From Opitutales bacterium (GTDB lineage: Bacteria; Verrucomicrobiota; Verrucomicrobiia; Opitutales; UBA2987): a DNA stretch of 64,000 nucleotides. Shown in pieces: positions 1-10,116 of the stretch. The notes beneath the pieces were generated by a model. That model ran no database searches. It worked only from the letters and a program-made list of their open reading frames with translations, and was not told the DNA's origin. Numbering within the stretch: position 1 is the stretch's first letter; every line of letters begins with the position of its first letter. The position numbers and the translations under genes were made by a program. The stretch is from NCBI GenBank assembly GCA_965226885.1, contig CBDDEL010000014.1, positions 512,001 to 576,000 of the forward strand, given 5' to 3'.

Positions 1-482
1 CCGCGAAAACCTCCCATCGTCAGCCATTCTCCTCCATCTATTCTATACTGCAGCGCTATTACGTTATCAAACTCGACTTCATTGGCCATCTGACCGAAGG
101 CCGCTGTGAGCACAAAATTTGCAACACCGGAAATACTGAATGGCTCCCAGGTGACCCGTCCTTCGTCCGCTTGCAGGTCACCAACGGCGGTGCCGTCGCC
201 ATCCATATCCCTGGCGCCCCAGAACCAATCTCCGTCGATGGCGCCTCCGCGGACAAGGTTCCCGATGGAAGTTTCCTCGCGGCGATTAAAATAGTCGTTT
301 TCTCCATCGTCACTTGGGTTTTCAACCGTGTAGCGGCCATCGCCGGTGGCAGAGCTTCCGTCGGTTTCAAAGCTTTCTGAGAAGACTACTACTTGTGCCA
401 TTAGATTCGGATTGAATCCAAGACTGATCAGCATGGCGGCGAGGCCAAGCAGATGATTAATTCTTAACTTTTTTTGTTTCAT
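1..482 (-). CDS. Secreted protein, 5' part only (runs off window); signal peptide then VVVFSESFETDG... extracellular domain
   Basis: Own translation from ATG at 482: MKQKKLRINHLLGLAAMLISLGFNPNLMAQVVVFSESFETDG..., open to base 1; lies just downstream of the TonB receptor on the same strand. Missing from the ORF track because it has no stop in the window. Confidence 0.75.
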   Translation of the reverse strand, partial: MKQKKLRINHLLGLAAMLISLGFNPNLMAQVVVFSESFETDGSSATGDGRYTVENPSDDGENDYFNRREETSIGNLVRGGAIDGDWFWGARDMDGDGTAVGDLQADEGRVTWEPFSISGVANFVLTAAFGQMANEVEFDNVIALQYRIDGGEWLTMGGFR

Positions 483-511
483 AGTGATTTTGGGGTTAGA
501 TTAAGTTTTGG

Positions 512-3500
512 TTAAAGTGAAAATTTTACTCCGATAAAGTAGATGGGCTCGGTGAATCGGATGGAAGCAAGTCGCGAAGGAACGCCATGGAATTTTTCCA
601 AAGGCTCGTTCGAAATATTGGTGCCTTCAACAAACACAACCATCCAGTTGAAGGGGCGGTATTCCACGAGGAGGTCTAAACGCGAGAAATCGTTAACCCA
701 GGTATCCAGGCTGTTGGCCGGAAGTTTCAGTTTGTTTTCAAGATCCACTATGAAATCACCGGCCACAATCGAATCATCCAGGTATTTTCCGCGGAAGACC
801 CAGCTTAATCTCACAAAAAACTTATACTTCTCATAGGACAGGGATACGTTGGCTATTTTATCGGACTGGAGGAAGAGAGGGACTTTTTCTCCCTCTCGTT
901 GCTCCGCCAACAGTTCAACCTCGGAATCAACAAAGGTGGCGTTTGCCTGGAGCCCGAACCCATCGAAGGGAGAGGGTAGTTTCGTGAAGCGTTTTTCGAA
1001 GCTGATCTCAAACCCTGTAAGCTTGCCGGCGCCTGCATTGGTCCTGCGCTCGGTATTCCATTCAGGCGACTCCAGCGGGTTTGAGAAATAGCGTGCGGTC
1101 AACTCCTGGGCAAGAGGATCAGCCGGGCCCAAAGTTCGGACCTCATCGTAAACGGGGCCATCGAGTTTCTTGTGAAAAGCGGCCACGCTGAACAGGCCAA
1201 AACTCTTGAAATAGTAACTGAGGGAAGCATCAAAATTAACCGATGTCATCGGTTTCAATTCAAAGGCGGGAAGCTCCGCGTTGTCTGTGAACCGGGCGCC
1301 CGAAATATCGACGATTTCCCGCGGAACCAGATCCGTGTATTTGGGGCGCGCAATCGTCTTCGTAATAGCTGCCCGGGCTACCCAGTTGTCTCCAATTCGA
1401 CGGTTAACGTGAAAGGCATACAGCGCATTATCATAGGTGCGCTCGCTCTTAATGCTTCGGAGTACGGATTCCTCTCCAAAATTATTGAATAAACTACTCC
1501 AGAATCTCGGTTGGATAAACTGGAATGAAGCCGGCAAAATCGCTTGAACATCCTCGGGGAGTTCATCCCGATGCGTATTGACTCTATTCGTGGTGAATGT
1601 GTTTTTCGTTTGTTCCCAGCGAAAGCCGACGATAAATTCCCAGTCTTTCCAGTTCAGCGTCTGCATCAGATAGGCGGCCGTAATATTTTCTTCGGCTTCA
1701 AAATTTTTCAGGATGGCATCGGTTATAGCCAGGGTCAGGTCATCGTCGGTTTGAACAAACTTAATATCACCGGAGTCGCCAATAAAGGCCTGTGTTGCCG
1801 CCGCATCGAACTTGGGGCCGAACGGGTAATCCTCAACATCGCCATAATCAGGAAGAAATCCGGAAAGCTCCCCCCCGAAAAAAGGCTCATCGGCAAGCGT
1901 GAGAACGCCCTGGCCACCTGTATCCACCCGGCTGAATTGATTGAAGTCTCTAACGAATGCCTTGTCGCGAATATCGACCGCCCAACCCGCTTTCGTTTTC
2001 CATTGCAGTCCGAACCAGTTACTTTCCAGTTTGACATTGATTTCCGCCCCCGACCGTTTATCGTTGCTCATGAAGAAGTTGTTCTCAATTGAGCCCAGAT
2101 TCGAATTGAAGCCCTCATTATCCGAAATGCGGAATACTTCAGTGTTGCTCAGTTTATCACCTTTATCTCTTATGACCGGCCGCCCGTCCACAACCATAAT
2201 TCTTAAATCAAAATCTTCTGCTTCAAGTTGAAGCTGGCGCTCATTCCAGTTCTTATCAGCCTCCGATCGATAAACCATATAATCGATCGATAGAGCGTCC
2301 GAAAGCTGATGCTCGCCTCCAGCCTGGTAGGTCAGGATACTGTCTTCGGTCACCGTCGTTTGCAGGGTCTTCTGGGCATCGCTCTCCTGGTCAATTGAAG
2401 TGTAAGTCTGGGATTCTTCATCGTAGGCAATCGTCCCCAGTTGAATGGCTTCATCAAGGGACAGTCGGCGCTCTTCAAGACTGCCCCCCTCTACCCGGGC
2501 CTTGATTTCAGGATCGTTCAAGTCATAGCCCAGGGCCAGCGCGCGCTCCTCCGTCAGAGTGGCCGCTCCGGTGTAGGCTTCCCCTGAGTTGGTCGGGTTG
2601 AGGTGGGTTTCCTGTAATACCTCGTCATCATCAAACTGATTATACGAAACCGAGGCAAACCAGCGGTGGTTTTCATTGAGTTCAAATTCAAATTTGGAAC
2701 TGATTCCTCTCCGCTCTCGTTTGATAAGGAAGTCTTCAAGTTGCGTCCCCTCGAGCACAAATCCCCGTTTCGGCGATTTCAATTCCGGGTTGGCATCAGG
2801 ATTCCAGCCATCCGTCCTGAGGGTGTCCGAACCTCGATTATCTTCGCTCCAGTTATACGAAAGCGAAAGACCGATTCTCTTCTTCTCCCCCCATGAATTG
2901 CTATAGGTGGCGCTCAACCGACGGCTGCTCTCTTCAGAAGTCTCATATTGTCCCCCCGCGTATTCAAACCCGATATGTGATCCCTCCCGGTCTAGGGCGC
3001 TCCGGGTGACCAGATTGACCGAGCCGCCTATAAAGTGCGCCCAATCATCGGGCAGCCAGGTTTTCTGAACTTCGATCCGTTCCAACTGATCGATTGATAT
3101 GATATTCAATCCGGTGGATCGTCCATCTTCCTCCGGTGTCGCCGAGACCACCCCGTCCACAGAAATCGTATTGAGGGACGGATCGGCTCCGCGAATAATG
3201 ACAAATTTGCCCTCTCCCTGGTCCTGCTGCACCGAAAGGCCAACAACTCGTTGAAGGGCTTCTGCCGGATTGCGGTCGACGAATTGACCGAATGCATCCG
3301 AAGCAATAATCTCTGTTAAATTAGATGCGGCCTTCTTTTGATTGAAGGCCTTCGCTTGCCCAGTCCTTGTTCCTGTTACCTCAAACCCTTCCAATTCAAT
3401 TATTTGTTCCTTCGGCATGGTCACGAAAACCGATAATCTCTCTTCTTCAGCGCTGACCTCGACCGATTCGGTGTAGTTCGAATAACCTATGTATTTCACT

Positions 3501-3718
3501 ACCAATTGGTATCTCCCCGGATCTATGCCTCTAAAAACAAAGCTGCCCCCCCGCTGGGTTTGTACGGTTCTCCCAAGCTCCACCAACCTTACTTCTGCTC
3601 CTTGCAGATAGTTGTTCCCGTCTGGATCCATCACCCGTCCGCGTATCTCTGCGGCTTCAGAAATGCTCCAGATCCCCAATATTCCCGCGATGAATACATT
3701 TAAATATTTATGATACAT
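512..3718 (-). CDS. TonB-dependent outer-membrane receptor with N-terminal carboxypeptidase-regulatory-like domain
   Basis: 1068 aa, signal peptide, plug motifs (NPAEALQRVVGLSVQQDQGEGKFVIIRG, IEVQKT..PD...GGSVNL), barrel-type C-terminus IGVKFSL. Confidence 0.92.
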   Translation of the reverse strand: MYHKYLNVFIAGILGIWSISEAAEIRGRVMDPDGNNYLQGAEVRLVELGRTVQTQRGGSFVFRGIDPGRYQLVVKYIGYSNYTESVEVSAEEERLSVFVTMPKEQIIELEGFEVTGTRTGQAKAFNQKKAASNLTEIIASDAFGQFVDRNPAEALQRVVGLSVQQDQGEGKFVIIRGADPSLNTISVDGVVSATPEEDGRSTGLNIISIDQLERIEVQKTWLPDDWAHFIGGSVNLVTRSALDREGSHIGFEYAGGQYETSEESSRRLSATYSNSWGEKKRIGLSLSYNWSEDNRGSDTLRTDGWNPDANPELKSPKRGFVLEGTQLEDFLIKRERRGISSKFEFELNENHRWFASVSYNQFDDDEVLQETHLNPTNSGEAYTGAATLTEERALALGYDLNDPEIKARVEGGSLEERRLSLDEAIQLGTIAYDEESQTYTSIDQESDAQKTLQTTVTEDSILTYQAGGEHQLSDALSIDYMVYRSEADKNWNERQLQLEAEDFDLRIMVVDGRPVIRDKGDKLSNTEVFRISDNEGFNSNLGSIENNFFMSNDKRSGAEINVKLESNWFGLQWKTKAGWAVDIRDKAFVRDFNQFSRVDTGGQGVLTLADEPFFGGELSGFLPDYGDVEDYPFGPKFDAAATQAFIGDSGDIKFVQTDDDLTLAITDAILKNFEAEENITAAYLMQTLNWKDWEFIVGFRWEQTKNTFTTNRVNTHRDELPEDVQAILPASFQFIQPRFWSSLFNNFGEESVLRSIKSERTYDNALYAFHVNRRIGDNWVARAAITKTIARPKYTDLVPREIVDISGARFTDNAELPAFELKPMTSVNFDASLSYYFKSFGLFSVAAFHKKLDGPVYDEVRTLGPADPLAQELTARYFSNPLESPEWNTERRTNAGAGKLTGFEISFEKRFTKLPSPFDGFGLQANATFVDSEVELLAEQREGEKVPLFLQSDKIANVSLSYEKYKFFVRLSWVFRGKYLDDSIVAGDFIVDLENKLKLPANSLDTWVNDFSRLDLLVEYRPFNWMVVFVEGTNISNEPLEKFHGVPSRLASIRFTEPIYFIGVKFSL

Positions 3719-3784
3719 ATCTAGATATCACAATATCACATATAGATAATAAATAACTATAAATTATTATATATATATACATTG

Positions 3785-3900
3785 GATTCGATTGATTCGA
3801 TTGATTCGATTCGCATGATTCGCATCACGCTATGTCAACATTGATTCGCATCACGCTATGTCAACATTAAAGATTCGCATCACGCTATGTCAACATTAAA
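3785..3900. repeat. Nested tandem repeats: (gattcgatt)n followed by 3x gattcgcatcacgctatgtcaacatt(aaa)
   Basis: 26-bp units at 3817-3842, 3843-3868, 3872-3897; no unique spacers. Confidence 0.9.
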
Positions 3901-3941
3901 TGATTTTTTTGCTTTTGCTTTTCTGATTATATACATGCACA

Positions 3942-3978
3942 TGCTCAGCTGCTCAGCTGCTCAGCTGCTCAGCTCAGC
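3942..3978. repeat. Tandem (gctcagct)x~4
   Basis: Directly visible 8-bp unit repeat. Confidence 0.85.
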
Positions 3979-4283
3979 ATAAGTATTTCTTATGCAACTC
4001 TGTGTCTGGGCAAATTCTGGGCAAATGGATAATTGTTCGCGGCTTCACCATTTCCCAGGCCAGGATTTGATCCCATTTGTAAACGCCGGGATGAAACCGG
4101 TACGGGGGTCGGGGTAAAACCGGTACGCTTGGAATAAGGTTTAGGTTAGTAATTGCAGGTACGTCAAGGTTTAGGGTTTGGGAGTTGGTTTTGGGGATTG
4201 GCTTGGGGTCGGTGAGGAGGCCGGAGGCCGACGAGCCGGGCCCAAGGCGGGCCCAAGGCGGGCCCAAGGTGGGCCCAAGGTGT

Positions 4284-5051
4284 TTATTGTTTTGGGCCAC
4301 GGCGACGGCGTCGAGCATCGCGCAAGCGGTAGCTTTGCCCGTTGGCTTCGAGGATATGCACCCGATGGGTGAGTCGGTCCAGCAGAGCTCCGGTGAGCCG
4401 TTCGGAACCGAGCACTTCGATCCAGTTCTCAAAGGGCAGGTTGGTGGTGACGATGAGACTGGTGCGCTCGTAAGCGCGGCTGACCACGTCGAAGAGCAGT
4501 TCGGAACCGGTCTTGGAAAAAGGGACGTAACCGAGTTCGTCGAGGATGAGTAGGTCGAGCCTTTCGAGTTGCTTCATGAAGCGCTGCAGGTCGTGGTTGT
4601 CGCGTTGCTCGAGCATATGGGTAACCAGGGCGGTGACCCCGAAGAAACGGATCCGCCGGCCCTGGGCACAGGCGGCAAAGCCCAGGGCGGTGGCCAGGTG
4701 CGTTTTACCGGTACCGGCGTTACCGAGGAGCAGCACGTTTTCGCGCTGGTCGACATACTCCCCGCGCATGAGCTCTCGGATGAGCGCTTCGTTGATCGAG
4801 GGCTGCGCTTCAAAGGCGAAGCTCTCGAGGGTCTTGAGCACGGGGAAACGGGCGTTTTTGATCCGCCGCTGGGCGGCCCGCTGTTCGCGTTCAATGAGCT
4901 CCCGTTCGACCAGATGCAACAAAAAGGCGGCGTAATCGAGCCGGTCCCGGGAACAAGCCGCGGCCACCGCCGGCCATTCGCGCAGGATGGTGGGCAACTT
5001 CAGTTTCTTGAGGTGATGGTGTAACAGCAGCTGGTTTTTTTCTTCCTTCAT
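4284..5051 (-). CDS. istB: IS21 helper ATPase IstB
   Basis: Walker A GNAGTGKT, Walker B LLILDELGY, TTNLPF, ALLDRL. Confidence 0.95.
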   Translation of the reverse strand: MKEEKNQLLLHHHLKKLKLPTILREWPAVAAACSRDRLDYAAFLLHLVERELIEREQRAAQRRIKNARFPVLKTLESFAFEAQPSINEALIRELMRGEYVDQRENVLLLGNAGTGKTHLATALGFAACAQGRRIRFFGVTALVTHMLEQRDNHDLQRFMKQLERLDLLILDELGYVPFSKTGSELLFDVVSRAYERTSLIVTTNLPFENWIEVLGSERLTGALLDRLTHRVHILEANGQSYRLRDARRRRRGPKQ

Positions 5052-6555
5052 AAAGCCCCTCCTGGAATCTTGAGCAGTTCGCTGTAGGCACCGAGGTCAG
5101 GGGCGGCCACACGGACGTGACGCAGGTGTGGATGGCCGTCCCCAGCCGGAAGGTTCTGCTCCCGTAGTCTTCCTGAGGATAGAGATACTGGGCGATGGCC
5201 TCACGAGTCAGTCCCCCCACCCGCAGGGCCGAGACGACGGCCTGCTGCAAGGCCGCCATGGGGTGTTTCTCCAACAGCCGCAGCACCCGGATATACTCCC
5301 GGGTGCCTTCGCCCCCGCATTGGCTTTCGAGCCGGCGTCTGAGGACCTGCAGGCACTGCGGCAACTGCCAGCCCGAGAGTGGGCGGGCGAAGTCCAAAGC
5401 GCCCGGTTTTTTCTCCAGCAAAGCCAGGTAGTGCACCGGCTCGAAAGAGACTTGCTCTTTATCCCAAATGCGGCGGTGCCGGGCCACCTCTTGGCCCCCA
5501 CAGAAGATCACCACCTGCCGACAGGACCCTTCCACCACCACCGGATGGTGGGCGCAGCGCACCGGCACCGAATAGTCGTTGCACTCGAAGCGCACCAGCG
5601 AGAGGCTGCTGACGCAGGTCGAGCGTTTGCGGCTCGCTTCAAAGGGTATGGGCGGCAACGGCAGCATGACGGCGCGCTCCTCGGCCAGCAGTTCCTTTTT
5701 CACCGCCCTTTTCCCGCGTAATTTACGCTCCATGTCCCGCTCACATGCCTCCAACAGCTTTGCGTTGAGTTCCTCCAGGTCCCGAACCTGCGGTACCGGT
5801 ACCAGGAAGTTGGCCCGGGCATAACGCACGATCCCCTCGACCACGCCCTTCGCGTTGGGCCGGGCGGGCAGACAGAAGTGTTCCTCGAACAGGTAATGGC
5901 TCTGTAGCTGCAGAAACCCGTCGGTCAGCTTGCGTTCACGCGAACCGATAATCTTACCCACCGCCACCTTCGAGTTGTCGTAGCTGATGCGCCGGGGCAC
6001 CGCCCCGAAAAACTCAAAAGCTCGCAGGTGCCCCTCCCAGAAGCTCTCCGTGCACTCCCGTTCGAACACCTGCACGAAAAAGGCATCGCTGTAGGGCAGG
6101 CTCATGGCAGAAAATGGCCGCCTACGCAATTGCCCCGCCTCCTTCACCAGGGCATGACCGAAGTCCACCTGTCCCTCCCCGGGGCGGTGCTCCAGCGGCA
6201 CGAACACTTCCCGCCGCCTCGCTCGCAGCTCGGCCACCACCTCCTTGACCGCCGTGTAGCCCCCTTGGTAGCCCTTCTCCCGACCCAAACGCTGGTAGAT
6301 CCGTTTGGCCGTATGGCGCTGCTTCTTGGGCACGTTCCGGTCCGCTTTGAGCACCTCCTCGATCCAGCCCACATACGGATCGATCTTGCGCTCTCGCCTC
6401 TTCTTGCGCCGGTATCCCGGCGGCTGGGAATAGGCCAGCATCTTTCCCAGGGTCTCCCAGTGCAGTCCCTCTTCTCGCATTACAGAGCGCTTGCTCTGCT
6501 TGTCCCGCAGCACTTTGTGCCGCACTCTTGTCCATTGCTTCATATCTCGATACAC
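5048..6555 (-). pseudogene. istA: IS21 transposase IstA, +2 G frameshift near 3' end (~5140)
   Basis: GQVDFG, SYDN, KGVVE motifs; ctggggacgg here vs ctggacgg in copy 2. Confidence 0.85.
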
Positions 6556-6858
6556 TCCTCCTTTCTAGGATAAGCGTACCGGTTTTAAAGCGCCCTCTTT
6601 ACCGTACCGGTTTTTCCCCGGCGTTTACACTTTGCAATCGGACCAATTGGACCAATTCGCGTAACCTCGACTAATAAGGAAGGCTTGTTTCGAATATTCG
6701 TGCAGGCGTCAAGTGCAGGCGTCAACCGAGTGACGAATTACTTCCTCATCTCTCAAAGATACAGGTGAACAGCAATGACTTGTTCTTACCTACGTTCTTA
6801 ATTTTGGTGAGCGATGAAGGTATGATTTCTAAGGCACTCAACAACAATAACTTAAAAA

Positions 6859-6943
6859 TGGTGCTCAGGGGGGGACTTGAACCCCCACACCTCTCGGCAT
6901 ACGCCCCTCAAGCGCACGTGTCTACCAATTCCACCACCTGAGC
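6859..6943 (-). tRNA. tRNA-Leu (anticodon GAG)
   Basis: GCTCAGGTGGTGGAATTGGTAGACAC...CTTGAGGG...GGTTCAAGTCC...CTGAGCACCA, 85 nt with long variable arm and encoded CCA. Confidence 0.95.
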
Positions 6944-7234
6944 TTCTACCTCGCGGCGCCTCTTTTTTTAAATCACTTGCTCCTGTCTTTGGGACAGGAC
7001 CGGCTTTTGTAAAGGCGCAGACGCAAAGGCATTTCACCAAAACATCAGCTCTGCCAATTTCAAGTCTTTTCTCGGCGGATGCCATAAAATGGAATAAACA
7101 GACCCCATTTTACTTCCAAATTCAAGACAGTTTCTACAAGGAATTATGCGTTGTCTGCGCTCTGAAGTCCTTCATGACCTGGACTTGACCTGGCGCTGTT
7201 TTTAAGGCTTTATCATCTGTTTGGAAAATGACTT

Positions 7235-9289
7235 ATGAACGATGAACCACAGGAGGAGACGACGGTCGAAGAGAATTTCGGCGAAGGGGAAAAATTGGCC
7301 GCATCCAGACAAGTTGATTTAAGCGGGTTGCAGGATTTTTCCATTGGCCCGAGCTGGGGGGACCCCAATTACAACGAGCCATCCCAAAAACAGGCTCAAT
7401 TGCATCCTGCCAGGGAACGGCGCAAATCTCCCTCGGGGCGTTCGCCTGGCCGCAGCCGGGAAAGGCCAAGGCCAAACAGGCGTCCGGTGGACCGGCGGGA
7501 AGGCAGGCGTCCGGTGGACCGGCGGGAAGGCCACAGGGAAGATCGAAGAGCTGGCCATGGCCAGCGTTTTGAGTCCAGGCCACCGTTCAAGCCGATCGTG
7601 GAGGTTGATTTTTATCCCGAGGATGCTCCATTTCGAGCGCTTAGCCAGGCCATGCGCCATTCCTGCCGCACCTATGAATTGTTCGAACTGGCCCATTTGA
7701 TTCTGGAGAAACCGGAGCGGATGGTGGCGATGATATCGCCTCTTGCCGATACTTCTGCAGGACCCCGTGAATTTTATATTTCTGTCCCCGATGACCTTCC
7801 TTTCGAATCGGAAGAGGAAGCAGTTAATCATGTCATGAGTGCCTATCTGGACCATTTCTTCGATCTGGAAACGGTCGAAGTCGATCCCCCCAAAGGTGTA
7901 TTCAAGAGTGTAAACCGCTGCACCATTACCAGTGAGCTGCTCGGACCGCCCAATTATCATCGCTACAGCCAGATCGAACAGACTCATCACGCCACCCGCC
8001 TCTCCAAGATGAGCATGGAGAAGTTCCGATCCAAAATCGAAGCTGTGACCGATCCTGAAATCATCGAGCAATGGCTGCAGAAAATGCGGACTCAAACCCG
8101 CTACGTCCTCAAAATAAAGCCAGGGGAGGGGGATGATAGCCCGCCACCATCATTTGAAACTCAGGAAAGCGCCCGGCGCTATTTGCTGACGTATGATAAG
8201 AAAAAAATCGTTACGGTTTCCCCCACCGCTCGATTTTCGGGGAAACTGCTGTCAACCCTTTCACCGAGCAGTGGAATCCGGCGGTCGGTGGAAATCAATC
8301 TGGAGGGGCAGCGCCGTTTTCCACTCGTTACGGCCAATCACCTGCGGGGCCGTCTGCGGAGACTGCATTTTTCGGTCTATAAAAAAGGGTCCAAGGGGGT
8401 TTCCTTGGTTTGTGTCGTAAAGCGGAAATTTCGCTCCGCCGCTGTGACTTTTGCCGATCCGGTGCTGGAGTTAATCGAATTCATCGAAAAGCGGCCAGGG
8501 CTTCATGTGTCCAAGCTGGCGGAAGAATTTTTGGAGCTAACCGTTGAGGCAAAAGATACCGAACCGGCAAAAAAATCGACGACCAAAAAGTCAGCTACTA
8601 AGAAAAACCAGGCTGCCGAATCGAAGGAAAAACCCGCTAAAATAATCACCAAAGATAATCCGAAATTCCTTGAGATGGGGCAAAATCTGCGCTGGCTGAT
8701 TTCCGAAGGCTATGTGGTGGAATACTCCGACGGAAAACTCTTCGCCCCTCCGCCCCGATCTCCATCCCGGGAGCGAATTAAAAATGAGCCGCCATCCGTA
8801 GCCGTAGCCGGGATTTCAGACAAAATTGACAAACCGTCCAAAAAATCGGAAGGCAAGGCGCTACCGGTGGATCCGGTCCCCGAATCATCGGAAACGGAAG
8901 AAATAGTTTCCTCCATTTCTGAGGCTGATCCGGAAAATGCGGAGAAAATCGTTCCAATTGAGGAACCCCCAACCGAAGTTGAGCCGCCGCCGGAAACTCC
9001 GGTCGAAGAGGCAAATTCGGGATCCACAGAGGCGCCCGAGGCAATTGAGGAGGATAGGCCGGTAATCGAATCCGAAGGGGAATCCTTGGCCAGCTCCCCG
9101 CCATCAAAAACGGAAACAGAAACAAAGGCTGAGGCTGGTTCTTCGGAGCCGGAACCGAATAAAGAGCTCAATGAATCGAACGTGGAGGCAGAACCTGCAG
9201 AGGATCTACCGGAACTTTCCAGCGCCGACTCGGAACTCCTAGAGAAAAAGGAATCGGATCCGGAATCAACACAGACAAATACTAATTAG
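7235..9289 (+). CDS. Hypothetical protein (globular core with low-complexity charged termini; type seen in Verrucomicrobia)
   Basis: 684 aa ORF; GPPNYHRY core; acidic Pro/Glu tail; in-frame 27-bp duplication (RRPVDRREG x2) at 7477-7530. Confidence 0.75.
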   Translation: MNDEPQEETTVEENFGEGEKLAASRQVDLSGLQDFSIGPSWGDPNYNEPSQKQAQLHPARERRKSPSGRSPGRSRERPRPNRRPVDRREGRRPVDRREGHREDRRAGHGQRFESRPPFKPIVEVDFYPEDAPFRALSQAMRHSCRTYELFELAHLILEKPERMVAMISPLADTSAGPREFYISVPDDLPFESEEEAVNHVMSAYLDHFFDLETVEVDPPKGVFKSVNRCTITSELLGPPNYHRYSQIEQTHHATRLSKMSMEKFRSKIEAVTDPEIIEQWLQKMRTQTRYVLKIKPGEGDDSPPPSFETQESARRYLLTYDKKKIVTVSPTARFSGKLLSTLSPSSGIRRSVEINLEGQRRFPLVTANHLRGRLRRLHFSVYKKGSKGVSLVCVVKRKFRSAAVTFADPVLELIEFIEKRPGLHVSKLAEEFLELTVEAKDTEPAKKSTTKKSATKKNQAAESKEKPAKIITKDNPKFLEMGQNLRWLISEGYVVEYSDGKLFAPPPRSPSRERIKNEPPSVAVAGISDKIDKPSKKSEGKALPVDPVPESSETEEIVSSISEADPENAEKIVPIEEPPTEVEPPPETPVEEANSGSTEAPEAIEEDRPVIESEGESLASSPPSKTETETKAEAGSSEPEPNKELNESNVEAEPAEDLPELSSADSELLEKKESDPESTQTNTN

Positions 9290-10116
9290 TCCTTTCTGAG
9301 AGCGGTAAGTCCTCAGTCAGAAAAAACACCGACGACTTCTATTGGTTGCCCTATGGGGAAGTAATTTTGGAATTCATCATAGAAATGGGTCGCCAAAATG
9401 TTTTTTGTTCAAAAACCACGTAAAAATCTCATGGATAATGACTAAGCATCGAATAATGAGGAGATGGCTATAAAATTAGGGATTTTTCGCATTATCTTCT
9501 TGCCATGATAACGGCGGTGTGTTCTGATATGGCTCAATTACCGATTCCCAATTACCGATTCCCAAATGCACAGAACGCGCACCAAACCGACAGGAACTCG
9601 TTCAAGGCTAACGCTTTACGATTTTAAAGTCTTCTATTGCGCACACCAAATGAAACGACCTTGCACGGATAAATATGGCCGGCGTTTTACCTTTATGCAT
9701 TCAATTTCTCATCAAAACACAAGCTCAGATCTCAACAATAGGAAAATACTGACAAATGCAAAAATCCATATCGCTCAATAACGCCCTCACCTATATATGC
9801 ACAACCACACTCGTCGGTTCGCTCCTGATCTTTTCTGCACAAGCGAACCTTTTAGGACAGCAACAGGATAACCCCCCTCCTCCTGATAATTATTATGTTC
9901 CTCCCCCGCCCCCACAGGGTAAAGTTATTCCGCCAACGCCAGCCACTCCGACCGATATTCCGACACAAGAGGAACTCAATGAAGCCTACCGGCGAGGCCA
10001 GGAGAACAAAGCCGCAGAAAAACTAGCTGCTGCTGAAAGAGCAAAGGCAAAGGCTTCTACTCGCAGACTCCGTAAATAGAGCGTTTTTGATAGTCGCTTT
10101 AATGAGGCAATACTTA

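Larger units (their letters stand above)
4078..6629 (-). mobile_element. IS21-family element, copy 1
   Basis: Terminal IRs TGTAAACGCCGGG...CCCGGCGTTTACA, subterminal ACCGGTACG repeats, istA+istB; no target-site duplication seen. Confidence 0.95.

Noticed and set aside
3817..3900. 26-bp repeats as a CRISPR array
   Set aside because: Repeats are directly adjacent with no spacers, and no cas genes are present
5130..5220. Programmed frameshift or phase variation in istA
   Set aside because: The two copies break at different G-runs; more likely independent slippage or homopolymer sequencing error
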